Shown here: in pieces, positions 40,141-52,432 of the stretch
How positions within the stretch are numbered: the stretch's first letter is position 1
Layout of the letters: each line of letters opens with the position of its first letter
Assembly (NCBI GenBank): GCA_011109175.1
Contig: RDEW01000010.1
Span: 789,837-853,836, forward strand
Length of the DNA: 64,000 nt
Direction: 5' to 3'
From: Dicyema japonicum
Taxonomy: Eukaryota > Animalia > Dicyemida
The notes under the pieces: model-generated
What the model was told of the DNA's origin: nothing
The model's database searches: none
What the model saw: only the letters and a program-made list of their open reading frames with translations
Made by a program: the position numbers and the translations under genes

Positions 40141-41849
40141 ACTTCAATGAGGTTAATAAATAGTAACAGACCCAACTTCAATCCCTTACATGCAAATATA
40201 TTACGATTTGCTTGGTAGTGGCTAAAGGATGATCACTTAGCTATTTTTGCCTCTCTTCTCAACAGAAAATATAAGGTTTTTGCCTAAATTAATTCATATA
40301 AAACCTAACGAAACATCGAAGACTTCCAATCAATAACTACTATATGACTGCACAAGTTTTTCAGCTTTATGGCATGACTAACTCTTTTAGAAGTTATTTT
40401 AATAAGAGACGCGTTGTTCAATGTCCACCTGCATTTTTCAATGGCACGGAATATATAGTGTGGATCCTCACTGAACAGGCCTACTGAGATACTCTTGTTG
40501 ATTATTTTAAAAATCCCGGATATACCTGAAATAGGCTTTATCCAGTTTCCTCTGCCCGAGTAAAGCTTATCCTTCACATCCTCACTTCTTTTCCATGTAT
40601 GATTAACAACATCTACAACATCGAGACGCTGAAATTTATAGACGTCTAGGGAATTGGATTTATACATGATCACGAGATCCCCGTGAGCGCTGCTGGTTAT
40701 TTGAGCGAATCTCGCTATCGTCAGAGGGTATAGCCACGCAGTCAGGGCTACAAATATATGACCATTTGCTCATTTTTCCGTAATAAATTATTTTTTCCGT
40801 ATTTAGTCCCGATTTTTAAGTTAGTTATGAGGAGCATCATTATCATACACTCGCCTTTGTCAGCAGAAAGCTTTGGCACGTCTCTGGACCCACATGGTCA
40901 CCGCAGCGGAGAAAGGGTTATTCAAATTTCAAATTTCATGAGGAAAAAGGGTTATTCTCAGTAATTATTTTAAAAGATTAATTAGTTATGGATTAACAAA
41001 TCCTCAATCTTTTAAAGACTCGTTCGACCAACGCAGAATAAGCCGATCTATCCATCCTTCTAAATCTCTAAAATTACATAAAGTCTTACAGTGTAAGCAC
41101 AGTTTTTCTGAGGGTAACGATCCTTTACCAGTTGTAAATTGAGTTCCACTCTTGGGAGTCTAACCGGGTATGTATCGAATGGATGTTCCTGATAAAATCC
41201 CGTATGTTGGAATAAGTCTAACTGTTGATTTTCAAGCTAAATTTTAAATTGACTGATAACGTATTCTTGGTAGCTGAGAGACTCCTTTAGCTTTCTGTTT
41301 TTGAAAATCAAGTCAGCTGGGTCCTTGTCTATCAAAGTCTTCATTTTTGGATCATTTTCAATCTTTATGAGTTATTATAGAGTTACAGGCCGAAAATCAT
41401 GATCCTTTGGATTGCTGTACCTCCCATCCACATATTTGAAAACCTCATTGTAGTTTATTCTACAAGCTCAAAAAATAATATAAATTATACAAAAATCAAA
41501 ATCCTGTTTAGGTTGTTTAGATTTGTGCAAGAGTAAAGTTTTCAGGTCATCAATATGCTTTCTAATACAAATTTGTCGTCTCTTTAGTTCAGTAGTCTTC
41601 GAAGTTTTCTTGGTGGGAAATATTTTATTTGGCCTTCTTACATCATCTGAGACATATAAGTAAGGTAATGTGTTCATTAGGTAAAAAGTGGCCTAACTCT
41701 TTAATAATAATGGTCTCAATCAATTATGCGGGTAACTAAGGTAATGAATGCTTTCTTTGTTATTGAGGTCACTTTTTGTTATGACAAATAGAAAGCTATT
41801 TAAAATTTTATTATAAGGTTTCAGAAATTAATTGTTAGGGAGATTGAAT

Positions 41850-42110
41850 GGCTATGCTGTATCCTCTGATGGTAGCTATCGTTATACGCACTCGAAGCCA
41901 TCCAGTCTCACATGGATCCTTGGTGACCTTTTCGATCATTGAGCCGATACGACGGACTAGATCGTCAGCTTTTGGGCCAAAGATTCTTGACGTCTCAACA
42001 GGAATTGGACAAACCAGTGATCCTCTGTAATGCTTCAGTACTTCCTTTTCTTCTGATCCTTGGCTTGCTTAGAAGCATGACCTGGCTCCGAGACTGGAGC
42101 CGCCAAAAGC
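41850..42110 (-). mobile_element. CRE-like 3' end, divergent subfamily
   Basis: AKDQKKRKY...FVQIPVETSRIFGP...IGSMI...ETGWLRVRITIATIRG. Confidence 0.65.
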
Positions 42111-42519
42111 TATTTTAATAAAAAAAGTGGAAAATATTCATCTTCTAAAATCGCTGAAAAAATTGAGTATTTTTACAAAACGGAAAATCTTCAGTTCCTT
42201 TACTTCTCTTGTTATACTAGATTGTGGTCATGTTATCCATCTGTCTTAGAGGCATGAAAAAAGGTATATTTTCTCTCCCAATTTTACTGGATCATTTCCT
42301 AGAAGGGTCCCCGCAACAAAAAATTGATCTTCTTTCTCTGCTGGATCTGGATGGACTTGTGATATTGGAAGTTCTGCTTGTGCAACTATGGGAAATTAAT
42401 TATATTCATTTAGTTTTTAACTATTATCTTTATTCTGTCTCTGGTTAATAAATTATGTAGCAGCACACATAGGATAGTAACTAAAATCCTAATCAATGAA
42501 AGGTTCCAAGGTATTTTTA

Positions 42520-42830
42520 TTAATCCCGGATACACCGAGTAAGAAGGTAATGATTAATGTGTATCCAGTTCCTAGTCACAAAACATAGTCCTTCAAATGT
42601 CATACAAGTCCATACAGAACCAGCATAAAAAAGTAAAAGACGTCCATTCCTTGAAATTTTGGGCATTCCTCCAGTGGAGTGGGGAGAGCAAATGATCCTT
42701 TTCGTTTCAACCTGCCACTGGCGCCATGACGACATTTTATTCGAAAAAATACGAGGAAGAACAAAGAAATAAGATAAAAACTTAAATCAAGTACCCAAAT
42801 AGCGACACACTAACGTCGGCACCACCGCGA
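42520..42830 (-). mobile_element. SINE-like family B copy
   Basis: ggatacac/gtgtatcc stem and the cctccagtggagtggggagagcaaatgatcctttt block. Confidence 0.7.
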
Positions 42831-43163
42831 CTCATTAAATTAAATCCAAGGTTCTTAAATTTTTTGGTTGCGTACGAGTTCCACTAGAAAATCCGGTTCC
42901 GCAGTGATTTTCCCTTGACAACGGTATTACTTACCAAACCAGAGACCATCATAGATGCATGGAACCTTAATTCGATATTAGAACCGGGCAGCATCTGTAT
43001 TCTGACCGCACTAATAACAATGCGCTATCTGGCTGTAAGAATTCTCAATTGACTGAATAAAATTATTAAAATTATTGAAATAACAAATATTTTAAACTGC
43101 ATTTTCACCAATTAATAAAAATAAACAAATTATTAACAAAATACAAAAAAGAAAGAATAAAAT

Positions 43164-44787
43164 CTAATTATCTTTCCTTACAGACTTAGGTCGTCCCCTC
43201 GCTACAATATAGAGACATAACAACCAGCAACAGGTGATAATACCATTCTTCTACAAATAACGCACAAAACAACCCAGGTCGTCGTCCCCTCATTAACTTT
43301 GGGGGACGTCCTCTCTGTTTGGGTCGCGGTGGAGAAGGAGATTCAACAACTAAATAACATACTGCGCTTACCACGCTTGCTTGTCATTCTCGTCCTATAA
43401 GGTCTCCTCCCTCTACCACGTGGGACACTCTCAACAGGAGAATCACAGATAACTGTCTTCGCTCGACCTCTTCTACGCACCTAAACTATTCATTTCAAAT
43501 TACTGGGATTGCCACAACCTCCTCCTTACTTGACTTGTCACTCTCTGTCTTCTTCTCTTGCTCAATTTTCTCCTCATCAGAACTTATTTTTTGGGTTGAC
43601 TTTTTCGGTGTCTTTGATTTACGCGGGGTTTTATAATCAGATATATTCTAATAAACATTAATAAGTACCATGAATGGTCTGTACAACCCATCAGTGTTTG
43701 TGAATATTCTAATATACAGTATATTATACCTTTTGAAGTAATTTGAACTCATTTCACGCTATAATTATCATAATATAGTACTCGCTTTGAGTTGCGTAAT
43801 TGTCCACCTATTTATGAAGAAGTGGACTACCTGAGAGAACAATCCACTCAGACGGGAGACGAAGTTGGCCAATTTTCGACTTAACTTCTTCGGCAACAGC
43901 ACAGGGTTCACTCTCGGATGAGTTGTCGTTTGCTCTACCTTTGTTGCTCTGCTCATCACTTTGACGGTCTTCCGCGTCAATACTTTTGCTGTCCGGTGAG
44001 TCTGACTCATTTTTGGGGCTCTTTTTTGATTCGTTGGAGCAGGAGGAGTCTGAAAGTGTTTTTTTGTTGTTTTCTAGAGAACCTTCTTGGTCCTGAAGTT
44101 TGCGTTTTCTTGATTTAATGTCTTTCTTGGAAGAATCAGACTCGTGTCCAGACTGAGAGGACAAATTTGTTTCATCCGTAAGTTGGTCCATGGAGTTTAG
44201 AGAGTCAGCTTCCTGAATTTTTCGTTTAGCATTGGGGGGACGAATATAAGATGTTACAAACACACCCTTTTCCACGACCTACATTTGATTATAAGGATTT
44301 ATTGGTAGAAATAGTTTAGTGAATCGGTATAGCTGTAAGGGGTATCAGAGTAGGTAACAAATTTGTAAAAGTTAATCGTAAATAAGTTAAAAAGAAGTAA
44401 ATTGTAAATCTTACTTTGGTGACTTTCTGACTATCAGTGGAGAATAGAAAGACATCATCATCAATGGTAATAACATCATTGTTTCTTAATAGCCGTGATT
44501 CCTTACAAATATATTCATCGTTAATCATTGAGTAGTTGTAATCAAAGTTCTCAAAGTAAAACTGAATAAATGATAATTACCACCTGATTATCCCTTTCGA
44601 CTATTTTGCAGTGAACTTGAGACACATTTCCATGGAGAACGACCGGACATGAGTTATGCCTGATAAGGTATATAATGTACTTTCCCATTATTAGTTCAGG
44701 TGATTGTAATATAAATGACTCTATTTTGCTCCCTTCTTTTGTTATTCTTTGAAGAAAGGTCGAATTTATGTTAGGTCGGCTGTCCAT
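43164..44787 (-). CDS. FHA-domain protein with Ser/acidic middle and C-terminal AT-hook-like repeats
   Basis: IMG-RHNSC..VL..NVSQVHCKI...INDE...L.NNDVITI (FHA). C-terminus after removing 21-23 nt introns: RRRGRAK, RGRGRRP, QRGRPPK, RGRRPG, ARGRPKSVRKDN*. Confidence 0.7.
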
Positions 44788-44899
44788 CTAACTAAATATA
44801 ATTTAAATATTAAACAATAAATTTTTATTTATTTATTAAACAATATATATTAATGACCATCATTTCTCAATAATTATCACTTATTAGATATTTATGAAT

Positions 44900-45150
44900 A
44901 CCAAACGTCTGACTCCCGGTGGAGACTGTTTGGGCGCATCCTGCATATGAATCTCGCTTCCCCAGCGAATGTGGGATCACTTCATCTTCTAGGGGAAATG
45001 CTTCCGTAGCCGACCTAGGATTGCACTCCTTTTCATATTGCACAAAGACCTTAAAAGAGTGAGGAAATTTCTAAAGACAGAAGGTGATCTGGACGAGCTG
45101 AGATTCATTGTGTTTAACCGTGAAGGATGGAAGAGGCTAACTACAGGGTT
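44900..45150 (+). mobile_element. RTE-like 3' fragment
   Basis: RWRLFGRIL...FRSRPRIALLFILHKDLKR...DLDELR..VFNREGWKRLT. Confidence 0.6.
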
Positions 45151-45159
45151 ATTAGTCAA

Positions 45160-46320
45160 TTATTATTATTAACCCAAAACACCAATAGTTAATCTCTTGA
45201 AATTAAATAAGTGATCCCGACAATCCTGATGAGCTTTCTCAGCTTCTCCCGATGTTGGACTTTTGACCCAACACAGTCACGGTACGGGCGGGGGACAGTG
45301 TTCATGAGAAGGCCAACTGGGGTGATGTGCTTTTGGAAACTGCTTGACACAGGACGGTCTGTCAACGACAGGTCCTGCTGAAGGGTTAAAGTTAAGAAAC
45401 TCTTGCCGTTTTGCTTGATAAGGTAGTCAAATGGACTGGATAGAATATTGTTCAGCTTTGCGATGTGCATTATGGTAGCCGCAGCTCGACATAGGGTGTT
45501 ATTAACTTTAAGACGAGAGATTAATTCCCCATGCTGCACAGGCATAACTGATAGTCGGATGAATTGCTTATAGAGAATACCGAGAGAAGGGAATGGCTTT
45601 TTTATTCCACCAAATATGGTTTTGATTAAACCAATTTTCCTCTGACAAAAATGACCCCCAGAATTTTAGGGTTCTTCGTAAAAGGGAATTTTCGTTGTCC
45701 AGGAATAGATCCACGGTACATCTTCCGAGTTCTTGTACTTGTACTTTTTTGAAGCATTCGTGAGGTCTTGATCACGTGAAATAATGAGTAGGTCATCAGC
45801 ATAGGCGAGAATTATCGAGTCTTCCATAACTGGGTTGGGAATGTCGGAAAGGTAAAGTTGAATAGGGCAGGAGACAGGGGGAGCCTTGGAGAACTCCATT
45901 TGGAAGAAATCTTGAGACTGATCGAATTCCATCCAAGCATACATGCCCTCTCCTTCCGCTGAGGAAATTTGAAAGCCATAATTTTATGTTCGAGTTGATG
46001 GATATCTAAATATTTTTTGAGAAAGGATTTTTCTGGATACAGAATCGAAGGCCTTTTATAGGTCGAGAGCACAAAACAGATTTTAGATGTGGTTTTGCAG
46101 AAAAGCCTTCAATAATGAACTGGTTCAAAGAGGTGAGGTGTGTTGATGTAGACCGGTCTCTCCTGAAGCCATGTTGGAGATGTGCAAAGGGAAGGGCAGG
46201 GTGAATGATGCGTAGAACGAGTTTTTCCAGGAGCTTCGAGGATGAGCATAATAGTGCAATGGGTATGTACGAAGAGGGGTCACACTTCGGCCTTCCCGGA
46301 GCATAATAGTGCAAGAGTCA
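45160..46320 (-). mobile_element. Ingi/Vingi/I-like LINE RT fragment
   Basis: PGRPKCDPSSYIPIALLCSSSKLLEKL, QHGFRRDRST, AYADDL. Ends with ggatcactt...gggttaataataa. Confidence 0.75.
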
Positions 46321-46837
46321 ATATAAAAAATTATTAACAAAGTAATGAAACTAATTATTATCATTTGCGGGGACCTGGTCATTTAGACGTAACACGTGGC
46401 CAAAGAGGCTCCATCTTGATTTGAAAATATTATCTGACAGCACGCCGGATTTGCATTTATTAAAGGTTTCCATTAGAGATCTTCATAGACAAGTTGATCT
46501 TGATTACCGATTTGAGCTGAGCTCTGTGGAAGGAGTCAAGACGGTCCAGAGATTCCCCAAGTCCCAGAGTTGTAGGTTAGTACCGGGATGACAAAAGCTT
46601 TGTATATTCTAAGCCTGGTGTTTAGTCCCATCCTGTTCTTGTGGCTCCATATTGACGATATTTATATGACAATCATAAATATTAAAAAACTCTAATTTTC
46701 CGTGAGACATTCCAATACAAACTAATAGTATTTGGTAAAGTGGTGACGTTCCTTGATTAGCTAACAATAGAGGAAAATGTCTAGAAAGCAGAAGATACAA
46801 GAGAATGCTTAAATCTAAAACTGTCTTTTTCTGCACA

Positions 46838-47197
46838 AGCGGGCTATAAATATTATGACTCTCGTGAAAGTGGTCCCTGGAGATGAAAAAGTGTTAACAT
46901 TGGGCCGGACAAAAAACCTGATGGCCCCTAGTTTGAATCTCGCTACTGTACATTTCGCCTGAAGGTTCCACGCATCTATGATGCTTTGGCTTGACGAGTG
47001 ACACCGTCATCAGTGAACATCTCACTGCTGAACTTGATCATCTACAATGGGACTCACACCCAAAAAAATAAATGAAAAACATTCCTTGGTTCTCTTTCAT
47101 CTATTACTTATGATAACTGTTTTTTGATCAAATTAAAGTGTGTGTCCTGTCTGGGAAAAGCGATAGCTAATATGGCTCCTTTTAAAGTGCATTATTA
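46838..47197 (+). mobile_element. SINE family A, variant A2
   Basis: A core and tail. The head gcgggctataaatattatgactctcgtgaaag resembles the family 3' end. Confidence 0.8.
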
Positions 47198-47781
47198 CAC
47201 TGAATCCCATAAATGTTGACCCAATTCCATAAATGATGTCCAAGTTATATATATATACTAATAAATAATTTAGGAAAGAAGTATTTATTCAATTAATCTG
47301 TTATTAATTCCATTTACCCTTTCCCAAAAACTGTAATATGAGGACAAATTCTCGGTTTCGAGACCACTCATAAGAAATCCGATAGTTGTTAGCATTCTCC
47401 TCTTACAGTTACTCTTGGTCTAATTACATTTAGGCGAGATTTCACACAATAAAAAGTTTTCAATTGGGTTCAAGTCAGTTGAATAAGGGGTAAATAAAAT
47501 GTTGTAACACTTTTGTATACACCTATTCAAACTCTTTTATCGATCGAAGTGATAAATAGACTTTCGTTCATAAAACCTTGCGACTTCTCATATCTGTATT
47601 AGTTGATAACAAATCTAAAAAATTAAAATTTTAAAATATAGATTTACTTGTGTATTATTTATATATATAACTTGGACATCATTTATGGGAATTGGGTCAT
47701 CATTTATGGGAATTGGACAACATTTATGGGAATTGGGTCAACATTTATGGGAATTGGGTCAACATTTATGGGAATTGAGTG
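47198..47781 (-). mobile_element. Internally deleted Tc1/IS630-like element, TIRs with 22-bp subrepeats, TA flanks
   Basis: TA|CACTGAAT...ATTGAGTG|TA. About 70-bp TIR core and about five gggtcaacatttatgggaatt-type units on the right. Internal YSTDLNPIENF (LPPYSPDLNPIE motif). Confidence 0.8.
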
Positions 47782-48559
47782 TAGTTAATCGTTAGATAAA
47801 TCTATGACAAAGTTTTATTATGAGAATGAATCCCACGAATGGTTTGGCCCCCTCAATCACATTTGGGGAGGTCGTTACTAATTGAGATAACTAACTTTAG
47901 TAAATTCTGCATACAGAGCTTCTGACTGGTGATCCTCCAAGTTCACTCAATTATGGGCCAGACGAGATTCGAAACTTGTTCCTACGTGCATAGAGTGTGT
48001 ACTTGTTTCGGATCTTCTGGTTTCTTATGCATTACCTTGTTCATGTTTACAAAAAGAAGATAAAGGTTTTTTCATCCGTCATGAAGCAAAAAAAATCTCT
48101 TGTGGAAATTCGATTCCTCAGACGACCCAGGAATTCCAGCGTCGAAGGCGCAAAAGAACCAGAACACAAGAATAATTCATTGTGGATCATTTACATAAAA
48201 TAAAATACCAGGAGCTCCAAATTAAAGTAGAGGATCTCATCAGTTTATTTCTAGAAGTAATATAATTCCATCATCTCAAATCTGTCCAAAAGAACATGGA
48301 AATGTTTATAAACTCTAAAGAGCTTTTTGAAAATGCACGCATATCCATCACTGATGTCATACGATTTATATTTTCACGGAACATTTATAAAAATGATGTC
48401 GTAGCGAACTAGGATGAGATCTTGACACACCTGTGGGCTCTTTCGTTCGGCTGTGGGTACAGTGGAGGACCACAGATGCAGGATGGCGCAGTTGATTCCG
48501 GGAACTGAGATCACCTAACTGTTTGGCCTTTTTTGTCTGAAAAGCAGCAGATCCATAAT

Positions 48560-48830
48560 ATATACACAGAATTAACCAAATCCACTGTTGAAGATTACCA
48601 CTATGAAAACCCTTCCGACGAATAAAGTGATTTTCGTGACAGTAGAACATGCAACGAAAATGGAGGACAGAGGACCTACTTCTCCTCCCCTCTTTATGAG
48701 GGAAACTTGTAATGGACTATCCAAGGATGGATTTTGTCGGCACAAGCGGATGTTCTTTTGGGTTCCATCCTTGGATTAAATATTTATGATTGTCTGTGCT
48801 GGGCTTACCAAAAATTGTAATCCTGGGATT
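48560..48830 (+). mobile_element. SINE family C body
   Basis: ttaaccaaatccactgttgaagattaccactatgaaaacccttccgacgaa...gtaatggactat..ggatggattt..ggcacaagc. Confidence 0.65.
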
Positions 48831-48906
48831 GATAAATAAATAAAATTAATAATTAAATCTCCCAGATTTAAATAAAGATAATCTTATTAGTATTAGAAAA
48901 ATCAAA

Positions 48907-51900
48907 TTAAACATAGTTATTAGATTTCAACGTAATTTCCAAAAAGTCTGCGTAATCAAGAGACTCTGGTTCTGCTGTTGGATATTCATATGGTTTCATG
49001 TTCTTTATACAATAATTTGCTTCCTCTTCTCCTAGGTTATCTATGAGTATTTGCTTAGTTATGTAAGGCTGAATTCTTATAATCTACACAACCTTTCCAT
49101 TAGCCAGTACATGGAAGCAGTTTGTCAGATTTTCACTTGTTTGGCGATACTCATTTAGTTCAATCATATATTGTAAGAATGTTTCGAAGGTGATGTACCC
49201 TTTATCTCTCTTGTCTAACTGTCCCCACAATTCGTCGAAAACTTTATCCTTAAATATGAAAATTAACATTACATTATCGACAATAGCAGAATCGTAGCCT
49301 AGCGATATGAGACAACTTTTGAATTCATCACAATTAAGTCTCCCATCGTCGTCTCTGTCAAAATGAGCGAAAGAGTTTTTATATTCGTTAACATTTTCTT
49401 GAGAAATTTTCGTGGAGGCATTTAGGCTATGTCTTTTCTTTTCTATTTCCTGATAATAGGAAGATATATAAGAACGTAACTTTCCGTAATCCATCTTCAA
49501 CTTATGGACACTGTGACCAATATTCCTGGTGTCAAATATTTTAGAATCCACAATTTTCCATAATAAAGATAAATAAAACCTGATAAATTTTTTCGACGTT
49601 ATTAGCTGAGGCTCAAACTCGGCAACCTCCTCTTCACATTTTGCTAAAAAGTCAAGCTCATCGTCAAGCTTATCAGGGTCCAATAATTGAAGTTTATTAA
49701 TCTTCTTAGTCATATTTTTAATCCAATCATTTGTTTCTATCGAGGACTTTTTGAATTCGTCTTTGATAGTTTGCATCTGAGAATATTGTAAGATATTTTA
49801 CATTTTTCTGTATTTTGACTTCTTCTATTAATTCTTTTAATCGGTTTGCGCTGGTTTTGATCATTTTATTCCATGTATGAATGACCGACTAATTATCACA
49901 CATTATCTAGACTTCGATGCTGATGCCTGTGTAGACGGTTTCCACTAATTGTGGGATATCTGCTCCTTCTGCACATTTGCGTATTAGTAGCACCAGGCCT
50001 TTAAATTCTTCGAGTCTTTCTTGGGCTGCTGGTAGAGTCTTTTCGAATTCATAATGTAATCTAAGTCTATCCTTAGCTTCTTTTTCATTATTGACAATGT
50101 GTGTGTCCTCAAAGCTTTCGTTAACTGAATCCAGCCATTTTTTGAATATCTAAAATGATTTATTTATAAAATTAAAAAAGTTTGCAATAAAATATGACCA
50201 CGTGGGAATAATAGTCAAACCGAAATTCGAACAGCATAATCCAACAGAAGTTTATCTGCTTCAACTAAAACGGAATAGGCATTCTAAATTTAGAATTCAC
50301 CGTACTTCGAGATATTCCGTGATTTTGAGACACTTCTGGTAGACGGAATTGTATTGCTGCAGTACTTGTTGTTCACGCTCATTAATAGTTTGCATGTCAT
50401 AATAATTCTTATTTCTATTTCCACATATTCTCAGTCATCAACCTTAAAAACTCGACCATTTCTGATATATCCCTCAAATAATCGTTTTTTATCATTTTCC
50501 AACGAGAGGACATCCTTCACTGTCATGGCTGTGTTCAGCATTGGCTATGATACTTTAGTTTATCGTTACTTTGATGTCTCCAAGTTTGAGTGTCTCATAA
50601 TTAATTTTTGGTAGCTCTGACATTTTTTCGGTAAGCCAATCGTCGACTGACTGGCATCGCCTATAAAATTTTTTCAAAAAACGACGAAAAAAGCCAAGTC
50701 TAAATCTTACTAATCGTAATACAATTCAATCAAAGGGAATATCCAATCTTCAAAGTCTTTTTCGGCGACATCTAAGTTAACCCATCCTTTTTCGATGTCC
50801 TAAAGTGATTTAAATAAATTACAGAAATAAGCTGTCCCTCTTCGGGAATAAAAGATGGTCTCCCTGAAAGTTTCAGTCGCATTTGTAGAGTATAGTACAA
50901 GTTCTCCAACTCAATCCATTCTTTGTAATGCTGAGGCTTATCAGTAATTCCATATTTATTATATTTCTCAAATATTTCGTAAGAATTTTCCAAGGAATTT
51001 ATATTCGGTCTCATATTGAGCCATTTAATAGTCATTGAGATCCATTCAAGTAACTTGAGATAACACAAGAGACAACGTCACTGCTAAGACTTTGGTAGCT
51101 CTCCATCATACAATGACATTCTCTGTTATTCTTTAAAGCTAAATGGATGGTTTCCGCGGCTTTCACTGCCTAAAAGTGAAGTTATTATTTACCTTCTCGT
51201 CGGAAGTGAATCGATGATAAAACGTGGAAACGTAGGTCATAACGGAAAGTTCATCAACTTTTCCGGGCTTTAATAAATCTTGTATAAATTTATTTAGAGA
51301 ACATTCAATATCAAGCATTTTTGGAATTTCAAGTTTCTGTTCGGCCACTTGGAATGCGTTATTTAGATTATTTCTGGGATTTGATATCTGCCAGTTATTT
51401 ATATTGCTCACATTATAATCGTTTAAATTTATTAGATCTGGTCTATGTCGATGAATCAGAGCTCCAAAGGCCATCCCATCGTTAAAACTTTGCTTTAATA
51501 TGATTATTAACCTAGTATGGAAATTCTGGACGTCGACTCCCCTATAACCAGCAGTTTTGCGTTGACACCATAACAACAACCCTTCCTTTGAGGATTTTTC
51601 TGCGGTTAATATAGTAAGTACCCTCAATCACGATGTCTTGGATTGTAAACCTAAGAATAATAGTCCAAATCATCCCTAAGGTCATTTTAACATTTCCATC
51701 AACAATTTCTACTATAAGCACAATCTCAACCCTCAGCGGCAATGGATCCCACATTAACTCCCTTACTTGCTATGAACTTCAAGGCAATGTCGACATTAAC
51801 AATTTTGTGAATTCTCATTCTTTTTCTATCCGGTCTGGGGAGATTTTGATTCGACAGAATTTCTAATAATTTTATCAAATTTTGTCCGTCCATAAAATCG

Positions 51901-52046
51901 TTTTCAATATTTTGTATTTGAATTCCAATTTTCTTTAAATGATTATTACACCATTTTGTAAAGGTCTTGGTTATAACATTCAGTACCTTTTTTTGTTGTT
52001 CCTCCCATGCTCCATCGAACAACCCTTCTTTTTTATTTGAGGTCAT
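48907..52046 (-). CDS. ACTN: Alpha-actinin
   Basis: [59 protein letters not shown] (CH1/CH2), spectrin repeats, EF hands ([25 protein letters not shown]), end KPYIT...YCIKNMKPY...LDYADF. Confidence 0.93.
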
Positions 52047-52432
52047 TTTGCAGTGAGTAATCTATTTTTTCTACATAAATCACATTTATTTCAAATTTTG
52101 AAATAATAAAAAAATATCAAACCCTGCAATTAATATATGGTTTTTTTACGACTATTAAAATTTATTATTTTCTAACGACGTATCACTAAATAATTAAAAA
52201 AAGAAAACAAGTGAAGTCTTTTAGGAGTTCCCTCTGATCACCGCCATTTCAAGCCTCTACCTCAACAGAATCCTTCTTAGTGTTCGAGTCTTTTCTAAGC
52301 AACCCTTTGTCAGATACTGGAAAAAATAAATCCGTCTTCTATCAATAAATTTCGTTCACAAAAAATTAAACTATTTTTTGATTTTTTTCCATTTAAATAT
52401 TTTTGATATGTTTGCGGTTTTTATGAATGGAA

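Noticed and set aside
40520-40570. LYSGRGNWIK as a Walker A motif of a viral ATPase
   Set aside because: It lacks GK[ST], and the spacing to the putative Walker B is unconvincing.
47665-47781. 22-bp tandem repeats as a CRISPR-like array
   Set aside because: There are no unique spacers, and the repeats form part of a Tc1 terminal inverted repeat.
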